Shown piece after piece: positions 11,027 through 24,389 of a DNA stretch of 64,000 nt; position 1 is the first letter of the stretch; each line of letters opens with the position of its first letter. A program made the position numbers and the translations under genes. The notes under the pieces were generated by a model that was not told where the DNA came from, searched no databases, and saw nothing but the letters and a program-made list of their open reading frames with translations. The stretch comes from Octopus sinensis. Lineage: Eukaryota. The stretch spans positions 61,876,001 to 61,940,000 of the forward strand of contig NC_043003.1 of the NCBI RefSeq assembly GCF_006345805.1, written 5' to 3'.

Positions 11027-12379
11027 ACATATCACTCGCTTCTCTTCCCGGATGCATCATTTCTCTGTTGAGCTTCATGTTAGTCATAAGTCCTTTTAAT
11101 CTACTGCTCTCTAGAACTCACTATCTTCTTATTTTCCTCTGGTCTAAAGTACTCAGTTCTTCAAGCTTTCTGGCAACTGGTGCCTTTTGAATATAGAGGC
11201 CTTTTCTTTTTCCTTCTTTACAATTTCTTATTACTACAGTGGCCTCAAGACTTGTTTGAAACAAAATCATAAAAAAAGTTTAGCTTATTTTCTACAAATA
11301 TTTTCTGGTTTTCCCTATTTCAATGCAGAATGGGAGAAACTGTTCATTATACCATCACCTGATACCTTTAATATTCTATAATATTAAAACACTTCACACA
11401 TTGTCTAATGATTTCTTCTTGTTAGCCTGAAATTTTCTGCTCCTTAAATAATATCATATTTCAACTAAGCTCTTCTCTATGACAGTCCATTTTCAAATGC
11501 AAATGTGAATTTCAATCCTCAAGACTTACTGAAGTCATGTCATAAATGCTAGATAGCACCACCAAGTATGTGATTCATTCTCTCCCACCTTCTCATCACA
11601 CATTTTAAAAACTATTGTGTTTATCATGTGGCTGGATCTAGTAGATGGAAAATGTAGGAAGCACATAGTATGTGTGAATGTGTGTGTGTGTATGTATGTT
11701 TGTATGTGTGTGTGTGTGTCCGTGTGTGAGAGTGAGTGACAGAGAGAGTGTGTATGTGTGAAATTTAATAATCGATTTGAATTGTATGTTTTTTAATCAT
11801 GTTATAAAAAAAGAGGGCAGTTCCAGCATTTTTGTCTTGACATGGCATGATAGCTATAAGTGAGCAGCACTATTATGCAAACTGTGTTGTTTGCTTCACT
11901 GATAACATCTCCAGCTGAGGGAAAAAATACTTTGCTTGAGAACAGATAATGGTTGGCAACAGGAAACACATCCAGCCATAAAAAGTCTGTTTCAATGAAA
12001 TCTGTCCGACCCATGCAAGCATGGAAAAAGGGAATGGTAAAATGGTGATGATGATGATGGTGGTGGTGGTGATGCTGGTGATATATGTATGTATATAAGT
12101 AAGTGCAGATATATATAGAAAGAGAAAGCAAAAAAGAGGTGGAGAGAGAAAGATACATACACACATAGACAAGGCACACATACATATATGGTAGAATGGA
12201 ATCGATTTTTTCATCTTCATTCTGGGTTCAAATCCTGTCAAGGTTAACTTTCCTTAACTTTCCCTTTCATGTTTTTACGGTTCAGAGAATAAGAACTGCC
12301 ATATATTGGGTCAATTGTTTTGACTGCTCCCATCATCTCTTCATCCCCTAAAAATATCTAGTCTTGCACTGATATCAGA

Positions 12380-12421
12380 ACTCACACACACACATACACA
12401 TATATTTTTATACATACATAC

Positions 12422-12457
<36 letters not shown>

Positions 12458-12505
12458 ATAGATAGATCAATATCTATCTGTCTGTCTATATATATATATA
12501 TATAT

Positions 12506-12538
<33 letters not shown>

Positions 12539-12541
12539 ACA

Positions 12542-12576
<35 letters not shown>

Positions 12577-12730
12577 CATATATATACATATATATATATA
12601 TACATATATATACATATATATATAATATAATATATATATATATACATATATATATACATATATATATACATACATACATATATATATAATATATATATAT
12701 ACATATAATATATATATATATACATATATA

Positions 12731-12763
<33 letters not shown>

Positions 12764-12911
12764 CATAATATATATATATATACATAATATATATATATAA
12801 CATATATATATATATACATATTATATACATATATATATATCTATATACATATATACATATATATATATCTATATATATATATAACATATATATATATATA
12901 TATAACATATA

Positions 12912-12950
<39 letters not shown>

Positions 12951-12987
12951 TATACATATATATATATAATATATATATATATATATT

Positions 12988-13028
<41 letters not shown>

Positions 13029-13240
13029 TATTTATATATATATATAAAGATATATAATCATATATCGATAATTTCAAATATGTATATAAGCATACACACA
13101 TACACACATATATATATATAAATATACATAATTTCATATATATGTATAAGCATATGTATGTAGTTTCATATATATTCTATGATATATATGTATCTCTCTC
13201 TCTCTCTCTCTCACTATATATATATATATATATACATACA
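12380..13240. repeat. ~860-bp interrupted (TA)n/(CA)n low-complexity tract
   Basis: Read directly; source of all IYIY-type ORFs in this interval. Confidence 0.95.
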
Positions 13241-13389
13241 TACATACAAATTTATGAACTAATATTGAAACGCTAGCATACACACACATACACTCAGGCT
13301 AGCATACAAAATTCAGCACATACACATTTATACATGCACATACACAATACTTCCATAGTGCATCAGAGTTGAAATGATTCAATATTTAC

Positions 13390-13419
13390 CTGGCTTATTT
13401 ATGATGGCTTTCTTTATAT
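13390..13419 (-). CDS. Candidate 30-nt internal exon (IKKAIINKP), phase 1-1
   Basis: Donor CCAG|gtaaat, weak acceptor gtgtcag; phases fit the exons at 20179 and 7830. Confidence 0.25.
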
Positions 13420-14440
13420 CTGACACTTAACATTACTGGCACTAGCGGTATGTTATACTAGTTTCTAAGATGAAATTGCTAAAGCTGATTTGGGGATTTG
13501 AGAATCTGAATGATTCAAAATATCCAAAAACAACTTCCTAAGGCTTTGTATAATTACAGGTGGATTTACTAACATTGGAAAAAGCCAATGTAAGTGAAGT
13601 TGTATGATTATTAGGTAGATTTTCTACAAGTTCTTTCCAATAGTACAGATTCATAGAGGATTTCATTGTTAAACATCTTAGAAAAGATATGCAAGTAACA
13701 ATATGAAAAATAATGAGTTAAGTTGATGTGGCATAAAGATAAGTAATATCGAACGTTTGGAGCAGAGCCTTTCATTGGAGAATTTATAGTCACAAAATTA
13801 TTAGCCATCATTGCAGATTTATTTCTCTATAATGGATAATGAGGCTTTTGTGTCTGTGTATGTTGTGTATGCATATTATACATATACATATATATATATA
13901 TATATATAATTAATAATATCTGGGTAATAAAGATTTTAGAAAGTTTTACTACCAGTGGCCTAGCATATAGAAAAATTAGTCAATAGACTATATATAGTCT
14001 ATTCATATAAAATATAGTGTACATTTAAACACATTAAGAGGTTTCCATCATAAGAATCCTTTATGCTAGAAAGAACAGCTAAAGTCCATACCACTAATTA
14101 GGGATAAATTCTTGAAGGGAATGAAAAATAAAAACATTTACCGTCTATTTCCTGGACCATGGTTTCTGACTTATTTTAGCAACTAAAATTATTTGCTAGG
14201 CAAAGTCTTTAATGTGTTTAAATGTACCCTGTATTTTATATATATATATGCACTTTTACTCTTTTACTTGTTTCAGTCATTTGACTGCAGCCATGCTAGA
14301 GCAACACCTTTAGTCGAGGAAATCGACCCCAGGACTTATTCTTTGTAAGCCTAATACTTATTCTATCGGTCTCTTTTGCCGAACCACTAAGTTACGGGGA
14401 AGTAAACACACCAAGGGGACAAACACACACATATATATAC

Positions 14441-14499
<59 letters not shown>

Positions 14500-14587
14500 A
14501 TATACATTTATATACATATGCATGTGTACATATATGTATATGTGTGTGTGTATATACATATATATAATATATATATATACACACATA

Positions 14588-14875
14588 TCATCATCATCAT
14601 CATCTTCATTTAACGTCCGCTTTCCATGCTAGCATGGGTTGGACGGTTCAACTGGTGTCTGGGGAGCCCGAAGGCTGCACCAGGCCAGTCAGATCTGGCA
14701 GTGTTTCTACAGCTGGATGCCCTTCCTAACGCCAACCACTCCGAGAGTGTAGTGGGTGATTTTATGTGCCACCGACACAGGTGCCAGACGAGGCTGGCGA
14801 ACGGCCACGCTCGGATGGTGTTTTTTATGTGCCACCGACACAGGTGCCAGACGAGGCTGGCAGATGGCCACGTAC
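14588..14875 (-). mobile_element. Young RTE 3'-end fragment with two array units
   Basis: (CAT)n tail at 14588-14606, CpG-retaining 3' end, and two gtgccaccgacacaggtgccagacgaggctggc units. Confidence 0.9.
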
Positions 14876-14952
14876 ATATATATTTATATGTGTGTGTATA
14901 TATACATTTATATACATATGCATGTGTACATATATATGTATATGTGTGTGTG

Positions 14953-14983
<31 letters not shown>

Positions 14984-15051
14984 ACACATACATATATGTG
15001 CATATATATACATATACCTACATATATACAGACAGACAGACAGACAGACAG

Positions 15052-15096
<45 letters not shown>

Positions 15097-15124
15097 CATT
15101 TGGGTGTAAGTGTGTGTGTATACT

Positions 15125-15514
15125 CTTTACTCTTTTACTTGTTTCAGTCATTTGACTGCGGCCATGCTGGAGCACCGCCTTTAGTCGAGCAAATCGACCC
15201 CAGGACTTATTCTTTGTAAGCCCAGTACTTATTCTATCGGTCTCTTTTGCCGAACCGCTAGATGACGGGGACGTACACACACCAGCATCGGTTGTCAAGC
15301 AATGCTAGGGGGACAAACACAGACACACAAACACATATATACATATACATATATACGACAGGCTTCTTTCAGTTTCCGTCTACCAAATCCACTCACAAGG
15401 CATTGGTCGGCCCGAGGCTATAGTAGAAGACACTTGCCCAAGATGCCACGCAGTGGGACTGAACCCGGAACCATGTGGTTGGTTAGCAAGCTACTTACCA
15501 CACAGCCACTCCTG
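15125..15514 (-). mobile_element. SINE family B, full length and little diverged; a partial copy lies at 14250-14425
   Basis: Colinear with 3634-4040 and retains its CpGs. Confidence 0.9.
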
Positions 15515-15699
15515 GGAAAGCCTGAATCAGAGACAGTAGAAGAAATACAACAGATCAAGAATTAACGTAGATAATCACTATTAAATTTTAAATGTAATTG
15601 TTGCTCTCTTCTGAAAACTTTGCTGTTAACACACCAGATAAACAAAATATCTTTTGTGCTTATTTTACTGGTTTCAATCATGGGGCATAAGCCATGCTA

Positions 15700-15870
15700 A
15701 AATAATAATGATAATAATAACATCAAAAACTACCTTAGGAATGAGAACCCAGGTTCGAAATTTCCCCAAGACACCTGATGAAAGCTGGAGGGTATATCAG
15801 CCAAAACATTGTGATAACAATAAGATGAGAACAAATATCCGTCAAACGTAAATTTTGTAAATAATGAAAA
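15700..15870 (+). mobile_element. Penelope-type terminal repeat fragment with decayed canonical hammerhead core
   Basis: acac-CTGATGA-a-agctg(gagggtatat)cagcc-aaaacatt-gtga at 15771-15814. Confidence 0.55.
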
Positions 15871-15907
15871 TATGTTTAGTGTCAAATTCTTGCATTTGTC
15901 CACTTGC

Positions 15908-15958
<51 letters not shown>

Positions 15959-16012
15959 ATACATACAGACACACAGACACATACATACATAAATACATAC
16001 ATACATGCATAC

Positions 16013-16058
<46 letters not shown>

Positions 16059-16416
16059 CATCATCATTGAATGTCTGTTGTCCATACTGGCTTGGATTAG
16101 CCAGTTTGCCATGGAGCTGTCCAGCCAGGTAGCTGTCCAGGCTCCAATTGTCTCTGGTGGCATGGTTTCTATGGCTGGATGCTCTTCCCCACACAAACCA
16201 TTTTACAGAGTGTGCTGGGTGCTTTTTATGTGTTACTGGTATGGGCGCATTTATGCAGCACCAACACGAATGCATTTTATATGGCACCAGCACCTGTAAA
16301 TAATAAGCCTATATGTATAGATGACAGAGATTTTACTTAACTTGGCACATCTACTCAAGTACAGCATATCAGCACAACACACAGTTGTTTGTCATATATA
16401 TTCACACATACACATA

Positions 16417-17301
16417 AGTGGTCTGATCAATAAGTATCTGGACTGTTGCCATAGTAATGAAGCTTAAGCACACAGAGCGAAACTGATTGGTACAGATTGA
16501 CCTTGCTGTGCATGAGCACTTGGTTTTAACATTCTAGCTCACTTCTGTTGTTTACAGCAGTACTTGAAAGGAAGGTGTGTAGCATGTGATTGTCGTATTA
16601 ATCGTAACAGAGAAAGCTGAGCAGGGAATCTGCATCAAATTCTGCCAAAAGCTTGGCAATACCTGGTCAGTGGTTCATGCAAAGTTTTCAGAAAGTTTTC
16701 ATTGTTCTCAACACAGTCAAGATCTTGTGTAACTGAAACCCGAGTATTGTTTTGATCAGCTGAAAGTAGTTTTGGCACAAACTTGGCAGACATAGGTCTC
16801 ATACCCAAATCTTCATTGATAATGGACGGAACTGAACTGTAACTAATCTGCACATCCTCTGATAACTCACAGATGGTAATTTGACGATTTCCCCTCACAG
16901 CTGCATAAACATCTGAAATGTTTTTCTCAGTTCTGCTGGTTGTGGGTCTCCCAGAGTGTTTCTCAATATCAACAATATTTTGGTCATCTTGGAAACGTCT
17001 GAACCACTTGTACGCTTGTGTGCAGCTCATACACTCCGCTCCATACACTTTCTTCAACTTTGTGTAGGCCTCTGAGCAGCTATTACGATGACAACTTTCT
17101 CTGTCATGGTCAATGCGATGATCACACGCTACATGCCTTCCTTCCAAGTACTGCTGTAAACAGTGGAAGTGAGGTAGAATGTTAAAACTTTGTGCATATG
17201 CACAGCGGAGTTTAAAGTCAATCTTTGCCAAGCAGCTTCACTCTGCGTGCTGTAGCTTCATTATTAATGCAACTGTCCGGATATTTATTGATCAGCTCTT
17301 G
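16417..17301 (-). mobile_element. Mariner-derived long-TIR element with N-terminal transposase ORF remnant
   Basis: TIRs gtggtctgatcaataagtatctggactgttgcc / gcaactgtccggatatttattgatcag with TA flanks. ORF 16635-17231 encodes the HTH region and FVPKLL (cf. mariner WVPHEL). The catalytic domain is absent. Confidence 0.9.
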
Positions 17302-17758
17302 TATATATAAATATGTATATAAATATCTATACCTATGTATATCTTTGTGTGTGTGTGAGAGTATGCTTTCATGTATGTTATGATATAAACGTTGTTTATC
17401 TTGTTTACATAACCCATCCCTAATAATTTGACCTCATTTAAATCCATTCTATCAATAATCTCCAGTCATTTTTCTTCCTCTGTGAAACCAAATCGAGGAA
17501 AGCAGCCTGGCTACTTTTATTCTTGAGACTATATGGAAAGCGATATGACACGAAGAGAAAAATACCAACTTATAAGCTGAAACTAAAATAATTTGTCAAA
17601 ACATTCTAACATTCTAATGTGCTTCTAAGTATAAATGTATACTTATGCTAACATGATGTCTTTTAAAGACTTTATTGACAACAACATCTGTATTTAATAC
17701 ATAACAATTATGTATGTATGTATGTATGTATGTGTGTATGTATGTATGTATATTTATG

Positions 17759-17808
<50 letters not shown>

Positions 17809-17812
<4 letters not shown>

Positions 17813-19080
17813 GTCATCAGGTATGAAATTTGTTGAAAAGAAATAAAAAAGGCATAAATACAAGGAATAGTTTTATTCATCAAAGTATGCACCCATATTG
17901 TCAATATACTTAGCCATTTCCAGTGGTAGCTTGTCCAGCCCAGAACTGTAAAAGCCTGGAAATCTAGAGTCAATAAAATTTTAGAAGGCCTGTTTTACAG
18001 CATCATTGGAATTAAATTTTTTTCCAATCAAAAAGTTATCCAAATTTTGGGAGAAGTGGTAGTCAGTGGGGACAAGATCAGATAAGTATGGTGGATGATG
18101 AAAAACTTCGAACTCCTGCTCCTGTAATTTTGCCAATGTCATTTTTGTGTGGTCTGGAGTTATCTTACAATAAAATAGGAGTGGATCTGTTGACTAATCT
18201 GGGGTATTTTTTTTGTAAGTTTCTGCATAATTTGGTCCAGTTGGTTGCAGTATACTTCGGCCATGATCGATGAGCCAGGTTTAATGAAATCATAATGGAT
18301 CACACCTGCTCCAGGCCACCAAACACACACCATCAGCTTCTTTTTATGAATTTTGCTTTGTGGGCTGTGTTTTGGTGGCTTGTCTTTGTCCAACCATTGT
18401 GCTGAACATTTACGGTTGTTGTATTGGATCCATTTCTCATCACATGTTACAGTTCGATTAAAAAATTATGCATTTTTGTGATGAGAAAGTAGAATAATGC
18501 AGGCTTCTAAACATTGTTGTTTCTGGTTTTCATTGGGTTCCTGTGGAACCAATTTATCCAATTTTTTCATTTTACTGATTTGAACTAGGTGAGTCAATAT
18601 TGTTTGCTTGCTAACACCAAACAACAATGATAATTCACAGGCACTTTGAGATGGATCTGACTCGACAGTGGCTTTCAGTTTGTCATTATCCATCTTTGTT
18701 TCTGGTCAACTGCATTGCTCGTTTGTGAAGTCAAAGTTACCAGAACGAAATTTTGCAAACCAATTTAATACTGTCTGCTGTGTAATAACATTAGAAGGAA
18801 ATACTCCATTAATATTCTGAGCTGTCTGTGATGCAGTATTTCTAGAAAGAACTCATATTTCAAAACTATACGAATTTCCCACTTATCCATCTCTAAACAA
18901 AAATAGTAGAAAATGATTTATAAATACTTTATAAGGTGCAAAATGAGTTAGAATAAAGAAATAGGTGTGTCAGCTTTCTAACAAAAAATAAAGATTTTCA
19001 AAATATAATAATGGCAGAAAATGAGCAGGTGTCAAAGTTTACCTTATATCTTACTACGAATTTCATACTTGACGACCTAA
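17809..19080 (-). mobile_element. Full-length but decayed mariner transposon (~1.27 kb)
   Basis: TIRs ttaggtcatcaggtatgaaatttg / cgaatttcatacttgacgacctaa with TA TSD. Fragments include VESDPSQSACELSLLFGVSKQTI...KKLDKLVPQE and KKLMVCVWW..GVIHYDFIKPG. Confidence 0.92.
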
Positions 19081-19122
19081 TACATGTATGTATACGTGTA
19101 TATATATGTGCATATATATATA

Positions 19123-19171
<49 letters not shown>

Positions 19172-20178
19172 TATATATATATATGTGTGTGTATGTACAT
19201 GTATGAATATATTTGTATATGTGTATATATATATATGCATGTGCGCGTGTGTGTGTGTATTATTTAGAAGGTTGTTGTTGTGGCTGGTCAGAGGATGACC
19301 ATTAGTTTTGCACTTATAAGCCCTTAGCTATATAGGCAACTCAACAGACTCAAATGGTCAGAGGCCCTCTCATCACACACACACACACACACATTCTTAT
19401 AAATCTGAAGTGATGGTTAAAAGGCAGCAAATAACAGCAGTGTTATAACTACATACTGGAGTTTAGAAATGGCAATCATGCAGCACACAATATATTTGCT
19501 AACTTCTTTGGTTCTTCCTCAAACAAGTACTGCGTTTGTCAACCTATTCAATAATATCTGCTCACATCCTAAGTCAATAAATAAATCCTCTTGCACTCTT
19601 TAGGCACAGTGTATGGCCAAAATTAAACTTGTGCACAAAGTTAAGCTTCATGGTGGCAGTAAAGATAGTTTGCTATAAGTTGGGTTGTCTCTGTTCTAAT
19701 TGTATACAAGTAGAACAGAGTAACTATGTCTGCATGTCACTAAGTGATGAGGGTGAGTGATTAGATGCTTAGGAGCTTAACTACTGAAAAAATTTTCTGT
19801 GCAGTTCTTTTCATTATATCACCTTCTCTGTACACAACACAAATGTCTTGAGTGATTTTGGCAGTTTTGGAATCTTGATTGAAAGCAAAGAGAAGTAAAC
19901 ATCAAAAATGCTCATTCTCTTTTTTTCTACTCAGCACTCAATTGTCATACATTTGAAGAGAAGTAAAATTTATTTAAATTTAAAACTAATAAACAAAAGT
20001 TGTAGATGAAGAATAGAGCTACAAAAACAGAAAGGAAAATGTTATATTGAAATACTACACAGTGGCTTGTGAGCTACAAAATCCTCATCACCACTGTTAT
20101 ATCGCACATTTGGATGACCTCTACTCGACTCTGACGTCTAGACTTCTCCCTCTATATCTACATATTGGGCTAGCTTAC

Positions 20179-20220
20179 TTCGTCTGGGGGCGTCCACACA
20201 ACAGAAAAACATAAAACGCT
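20179..20220 (-). CDS. Candidate 42-nt internal exon (RFMFFCCVDAPRR), phase 1-1
   Basis: Acceptor tatttttaacag, donor GAA|gtaagc; retains several CpGs in a CpG-poor region. Confidence 0.4.
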
Positions 20221-20239
20221 CTGTTAAAAATATTTTTCA

Positions 20240-20460
20240 GGTGCAGGTGTTGTTGTGTGGAAGCACTGGTGTGCCTGTGTGGTATGAAGCTTGCTTCCCA
20301 ACCACATGGTTCTGGGTTCAGTCTCACTGTGTGGCACCTTGAGCAAGTGTCTTCTATAATTAAGAAAAGTCAATTCCATCAACCCCAGTCAATAGCTGGG
20401 GTTGACAGTATCAACTATCTTCTCCCTGAAAACTACTGACCTTGTGGCTAAATCAGAAAC
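20240..20460 (+). mobile_element. Diverged SINE family B head and tail fragments
   Basis: gcttgcttcccaaccacatggttctgggttcagtctcactgtgtggcaccttgagcaagtgtcttcta. Confidence 0.7.
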
Positions 20461-21407
20461 AATTAATATAAAATACAAGATGGAACCACTGAAATATTAA
20501 TGAATATTACTGGGTAACACAAGTTCAGTTGTGTTGCATATAATGGTTATTTTCACATTGTGCACTATGCTACTTTGCTGAACTTCTAGTCTGGCATAGT
20601 ATAACTCAAAAAGAAATGTACAAACCTTTGGTAAGTATGTTCTGACTTTACTCTGTCTTCTGAATGTGTATTATTAGATTTGGAAACAAATTAGTCAGAT
20701 TATATCATTGTATAACAACAAGAACAGAATTATTATAACGAAAATCTGTTTCAGTTAATAAATTTCCAATGAATTTATACATATGATTTCACACCAATTT
20801 ATACATACAATTTCTCACCAATTGATAGATATGATTTCTCATAGTGTGTATGAGAGGGAGTGAAAAGGAAAGTGTAAGTTATAAATATATAACGGGCAGA
20901 ATATAGACAAAAAGAAGCAGGGAGTGGAGAGGTGGAATGAATTCATATAGTTAGGAACTAGCTAGTGGGAGTTAGAAAGAGAGAAGAATGTTCCTGAGTG
21001 GCAGCAAAAGCAATTGAGAAATATGATGAGTACTAGTGGAATGTTGGTCACTTTTGGTCCTTATTTTTCTCACTCTCCTATTATCCTAGCATCCATCCAG
21101 CACCATATTATGATACAATTAACTGTTATAGTATTTAGGAGTTGCTCAACAATAACTGTCACGAGATTTCAGAACAAGTGACAGAAAAAGGAGTTTTCTA
21201 TTGATACATGATTTTATTTTAGATGATGGAAACATTTTTATGAATTTATCATCTTTGGTGGGTGTAAGACACTCAAATAACACATCCAGAATATACACAC
21301 TTTCAATATTGATACTCAAAAATAGCTGCTGAAATCAAAACTAACAGTAATTTTCTTAACTCAGATTTCATCCAGATTATTTGATTTCTGGCTTCACAGA
21401 ATTCAAT

Positions 21408-22001
21408 TTAACCCTTTCATTTCCAACCCAGCTGAAACTGGCTCTGGCTCAGTAGTACAAATATCTTGTTTTCATAAGTTTTGAATTAAAATCTTCCATC
21501 AAACCTTAGTCAAATTTATACTCCTAACACTGGTTTAATGATAACTAAGTTATTTACTAAATTCTTTGGTTTATTTAAATCGAAATCGAATTGAACTAGC
21601 CAGGATCCCTGGTCTGGTGGTACGTAAAAAGCACTATCCGACTCGTGGCCGATGCCAGCACCGCCTCGACTGGCTTCCGTGCCGGTGGCACATAAAATAC
21701 ACCAATCCGACCGTGGCCGTTGCCAGCCTCGCCTGGCACCTGTGCAGGTGGCACATAAAAAGCACCCACTACACTCACGGAGTGGTTGGCGTTAGGAAGG
21801 GCATCCAGCTGTAGAAACATTGCCAGATTAGACTGGAGCCTGGTGCAGCCTTCTGGCTTCCCAGAACCCCGGTCGAACCGTCCAACCCATGCTAGCATGG
21901 AGAACGGACGTTAAACGATGATGATGATGATGATGATGATTTAAAATTAATTGAAAGAAACACAGAGCATCTCAAAATAAATACAGTAACAAAAGGGTTA
22001 A
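21408..22001. mobile_element. TTAA-flanked MITE interrupted by an RTE 3'-end insertion (21580-21938)
   Basis: TTAACCCTTT ... AAAGGGTTAA ends; the insert is flanked by ATTTAAA at 21573-21579 and 21939-21945. Confidence 0.8.
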
Positions 22002-22729
22002 TGATGAGTTGCAGAAGAAATTTGAAATTATATATTTGTAGTAATATAAAAATTTATAACAAGCACTTATAATATCTAAAATATTGAATCCATACTGACT
22101 GAAGCAAGCACTTTTTTCAGGCAGCCTAGTTAAATATGTTAATTACATTGTGTGAATGCATGTGTAAGAGATAAGTGATTGGTCAGTTATAGCAGTAATT
22201 AAAATTGTTGTGGCAGTAGTGTTTAAAGATGGTAGTGGCAATAGTGCAAAGTGCAGTAAGGCCTTGCTGGTCATGTTGCCATAGTAATGGTAGGTGGGGG
22301 CCCAATGAGACTCTCAGCCCAATCATTATGAATAAAGGGTGATAATCTCTATTGGTGTGTCAGTCAGAAAAATAGGTCACCAATTGAACCCTCTCTGCTT
22401 ATATTGTGAAGTTTAGCATTTTGCAGAGGATTTATTGAGGCAGAGATAGGAAAGATTCAGATAAAAAGTTGGTCAGTAAGTTGATAGCAATAAAAACAAT
22501 GGGTAAAATAAGCTCAGTTCTACTTTGAGTCAAACGGGAGTAGACTGGATCACAACCAAGTTCTGTGTTACACATTTTATGAGCTGAGTAAAGCCAGCTT
22601 GAATCTGTAATTGTGTACTAATGTGATGATGTGGATGTGTGCATGTATGCAAAGATATATGCATGCAGAGGAATTGGTTATGTATGCACTCTTTTCCTCT
22701 ACAGCATCATTAATATTATATTTATTTAA

Positions 22730-22950
22730 AGGCAGTGAGCTGGCAGAAATGTTAGCATACTGGGTGAAATGCTTAGCAGTATTTCGTCTGTCTTTACAAT
22801 CTAAGTTCAAATTCCACCAAGGTCGACTTTGCCTTTTATCCTTTCAAGGTCGATAAATTAAGTACCAGTTACATACTGGAGTCGATCTTATTGACTGGCC
22901 CCCTCCCCCAAAATTTCGGGCCTTGTACCTAAAGTAGAAAAGAATATTAT
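22730..22950 (+). mobile_element. tRNA-derived SINE, family A
   Basis: ggcagtgagctggcagaaatgttagc...gttcaaattccaccaaggtcgactttgcc; homologous pieces at 35480-36050, 38590-38740 and 49490-49710. Confidence 0.85.
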
Positions 22951-23859
22951 ATTTATTTGCTATCAAACTTACAACATATTTTGATTTGAGCCATAATTTC
23001 TTAATAATAACATATCTTCTTAAAGGTTCCATTAATTTCAATTTCAGAATGGAATAGATTGAAAGTTTCATAAGAGACATAATCTTTTTAATTAATTCAT
23101 CACTAATCTCTCTTTGACCATGATTTATGATTTTTAACTAATTGAATAATTCCCACAATGCCTTTAATGCTGCAAATGGAAATGTATACAAGTTTCTGTC
23201 TTTGCCCAATGACAAATCAGTTTGTCGATGTTGTCTAGGGACCTAATGATTGATATTTGGCTTGAAACCAAATATTATCGAATTCTGAGTAACTCAACGG
23301 CTTAACAGGCTTTGATAAATACACACATACATATTTTAGCTCTATAACTCTTTATATTGAGTATTTTTTCCTTTGGCATATGTAATTTGCTTGATCTGCA
23401 TGAAGTATGTGTACATAAATACTTATGCATACGTACATAGATATGTATATGTAAACCACAAGTTTTAACCACATCAATGGGCCTTCTAACCAAATTCTTT
23501 AGTTGTTGGAATTATATTTGGTGAGTCCAAATGTGTATTTTTGGCAGTAAAGTGTGAGTAACTTGTGCCCTCCTTTAATACACTAAATATAAATGACCTA
23601 AAAGAACAGCCTTCACTTTCTGGTAAAAGCTACTAGCATTATGGACAGGATAAGAATGTTTCATCAATAAGCTGAAGGAATGACTACCACAACAGAGATA
23701 TATGGTCTTCTGAACTCTTAGCTTACAACAAGTATATCACCCACAACACCTTTGTTGTACCTATTCTCATTCCAACATTTAGCCTCCTAAACTGATCACT
23801 GCAAGAGCCATATGAACTCACAAGAGGTTCAGTGTTACTGGAAACTTCAATATTGATGG

Positions 23860-24138
23860 AGTGATCCCTGTGCTGGTGGCACATAAAAAGCACCATCTGA
23901 ACGTGGCTGATGCCAGTGCCGCCTTGACTGGCTTCCGTGCCAGTGGCACGTAAAAAGCACCAATCCGATCGTGGCTGTTGCCAGCCTCGCCTGGCACGTA
24001 TAAAGTGGTTGGCGTTAGGAAGGGCATCCAGCTGTAGAAACACTGCCAGATCAGACTGGAGCCTGGTGCAGCCCTCTGGCTTCCCAGATCCCAGTCGCAC
24101 TGTCCAACCCATGCTAGCATGGAGAATGGACGTTAAAC

Positions 24139-24170
<32 letters not shown>
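23860..24170 (+). mobile_element. RTE 3'-end fragment with array units and (GAT)n tail
   Basis: gtgctggtggcacataaaaagcacc units followed by the conserved 3' end. Similar fragments at 16064-16300, 29300-29600 and 52340-52640. Confidence 0.85.
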
Positions 24171-24171
<1 letters not shown>

Positions 24172-24389
24172 GACAGGCTGCTCTTTGCATGCAAGGATAG
24201 TGGTTGTGATCTTAAATCTGTTTTGATGTCATATGAAGCACATATTGTGACACTGAAACTACATCTGCAGCAAAAAAAGAAGGCCAGTAATTATCTTGCC
24301 CAAGTCTGTGAGTATGAATACTGATGCAGATCTCTCCACAAAAGCACTGCAAAACTTTATCTAATACAACAAAATAAAAAAAAATAGAC

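Noticed and set aside
12382-13137. Long IYIY/YIYI ORFs (also at 3.8-5.4, 14.4-16.3, 19.0, 60.6-61.6 kb)
   Set aside because: Translations of (TA)n/(CA)n microsatellites.
13390-13419. CRIB-like spacing (I....I..P..F) in the joined peptide CCVDAPRRNIKKAIINKPDVF, as in CDC42 small effectors
   Set aside because: The two histidines and HVG of the CRIB motif are absent; too weak to assign a gene name.
13450-13680. Exon-like minus-strand segment (LYYWKELVENLP...EVVFGY)
   Set aside because: In-frame stops, and the wording resembles the degenerate C-terminus of a LINE ORF2; treated as a TE fossil.
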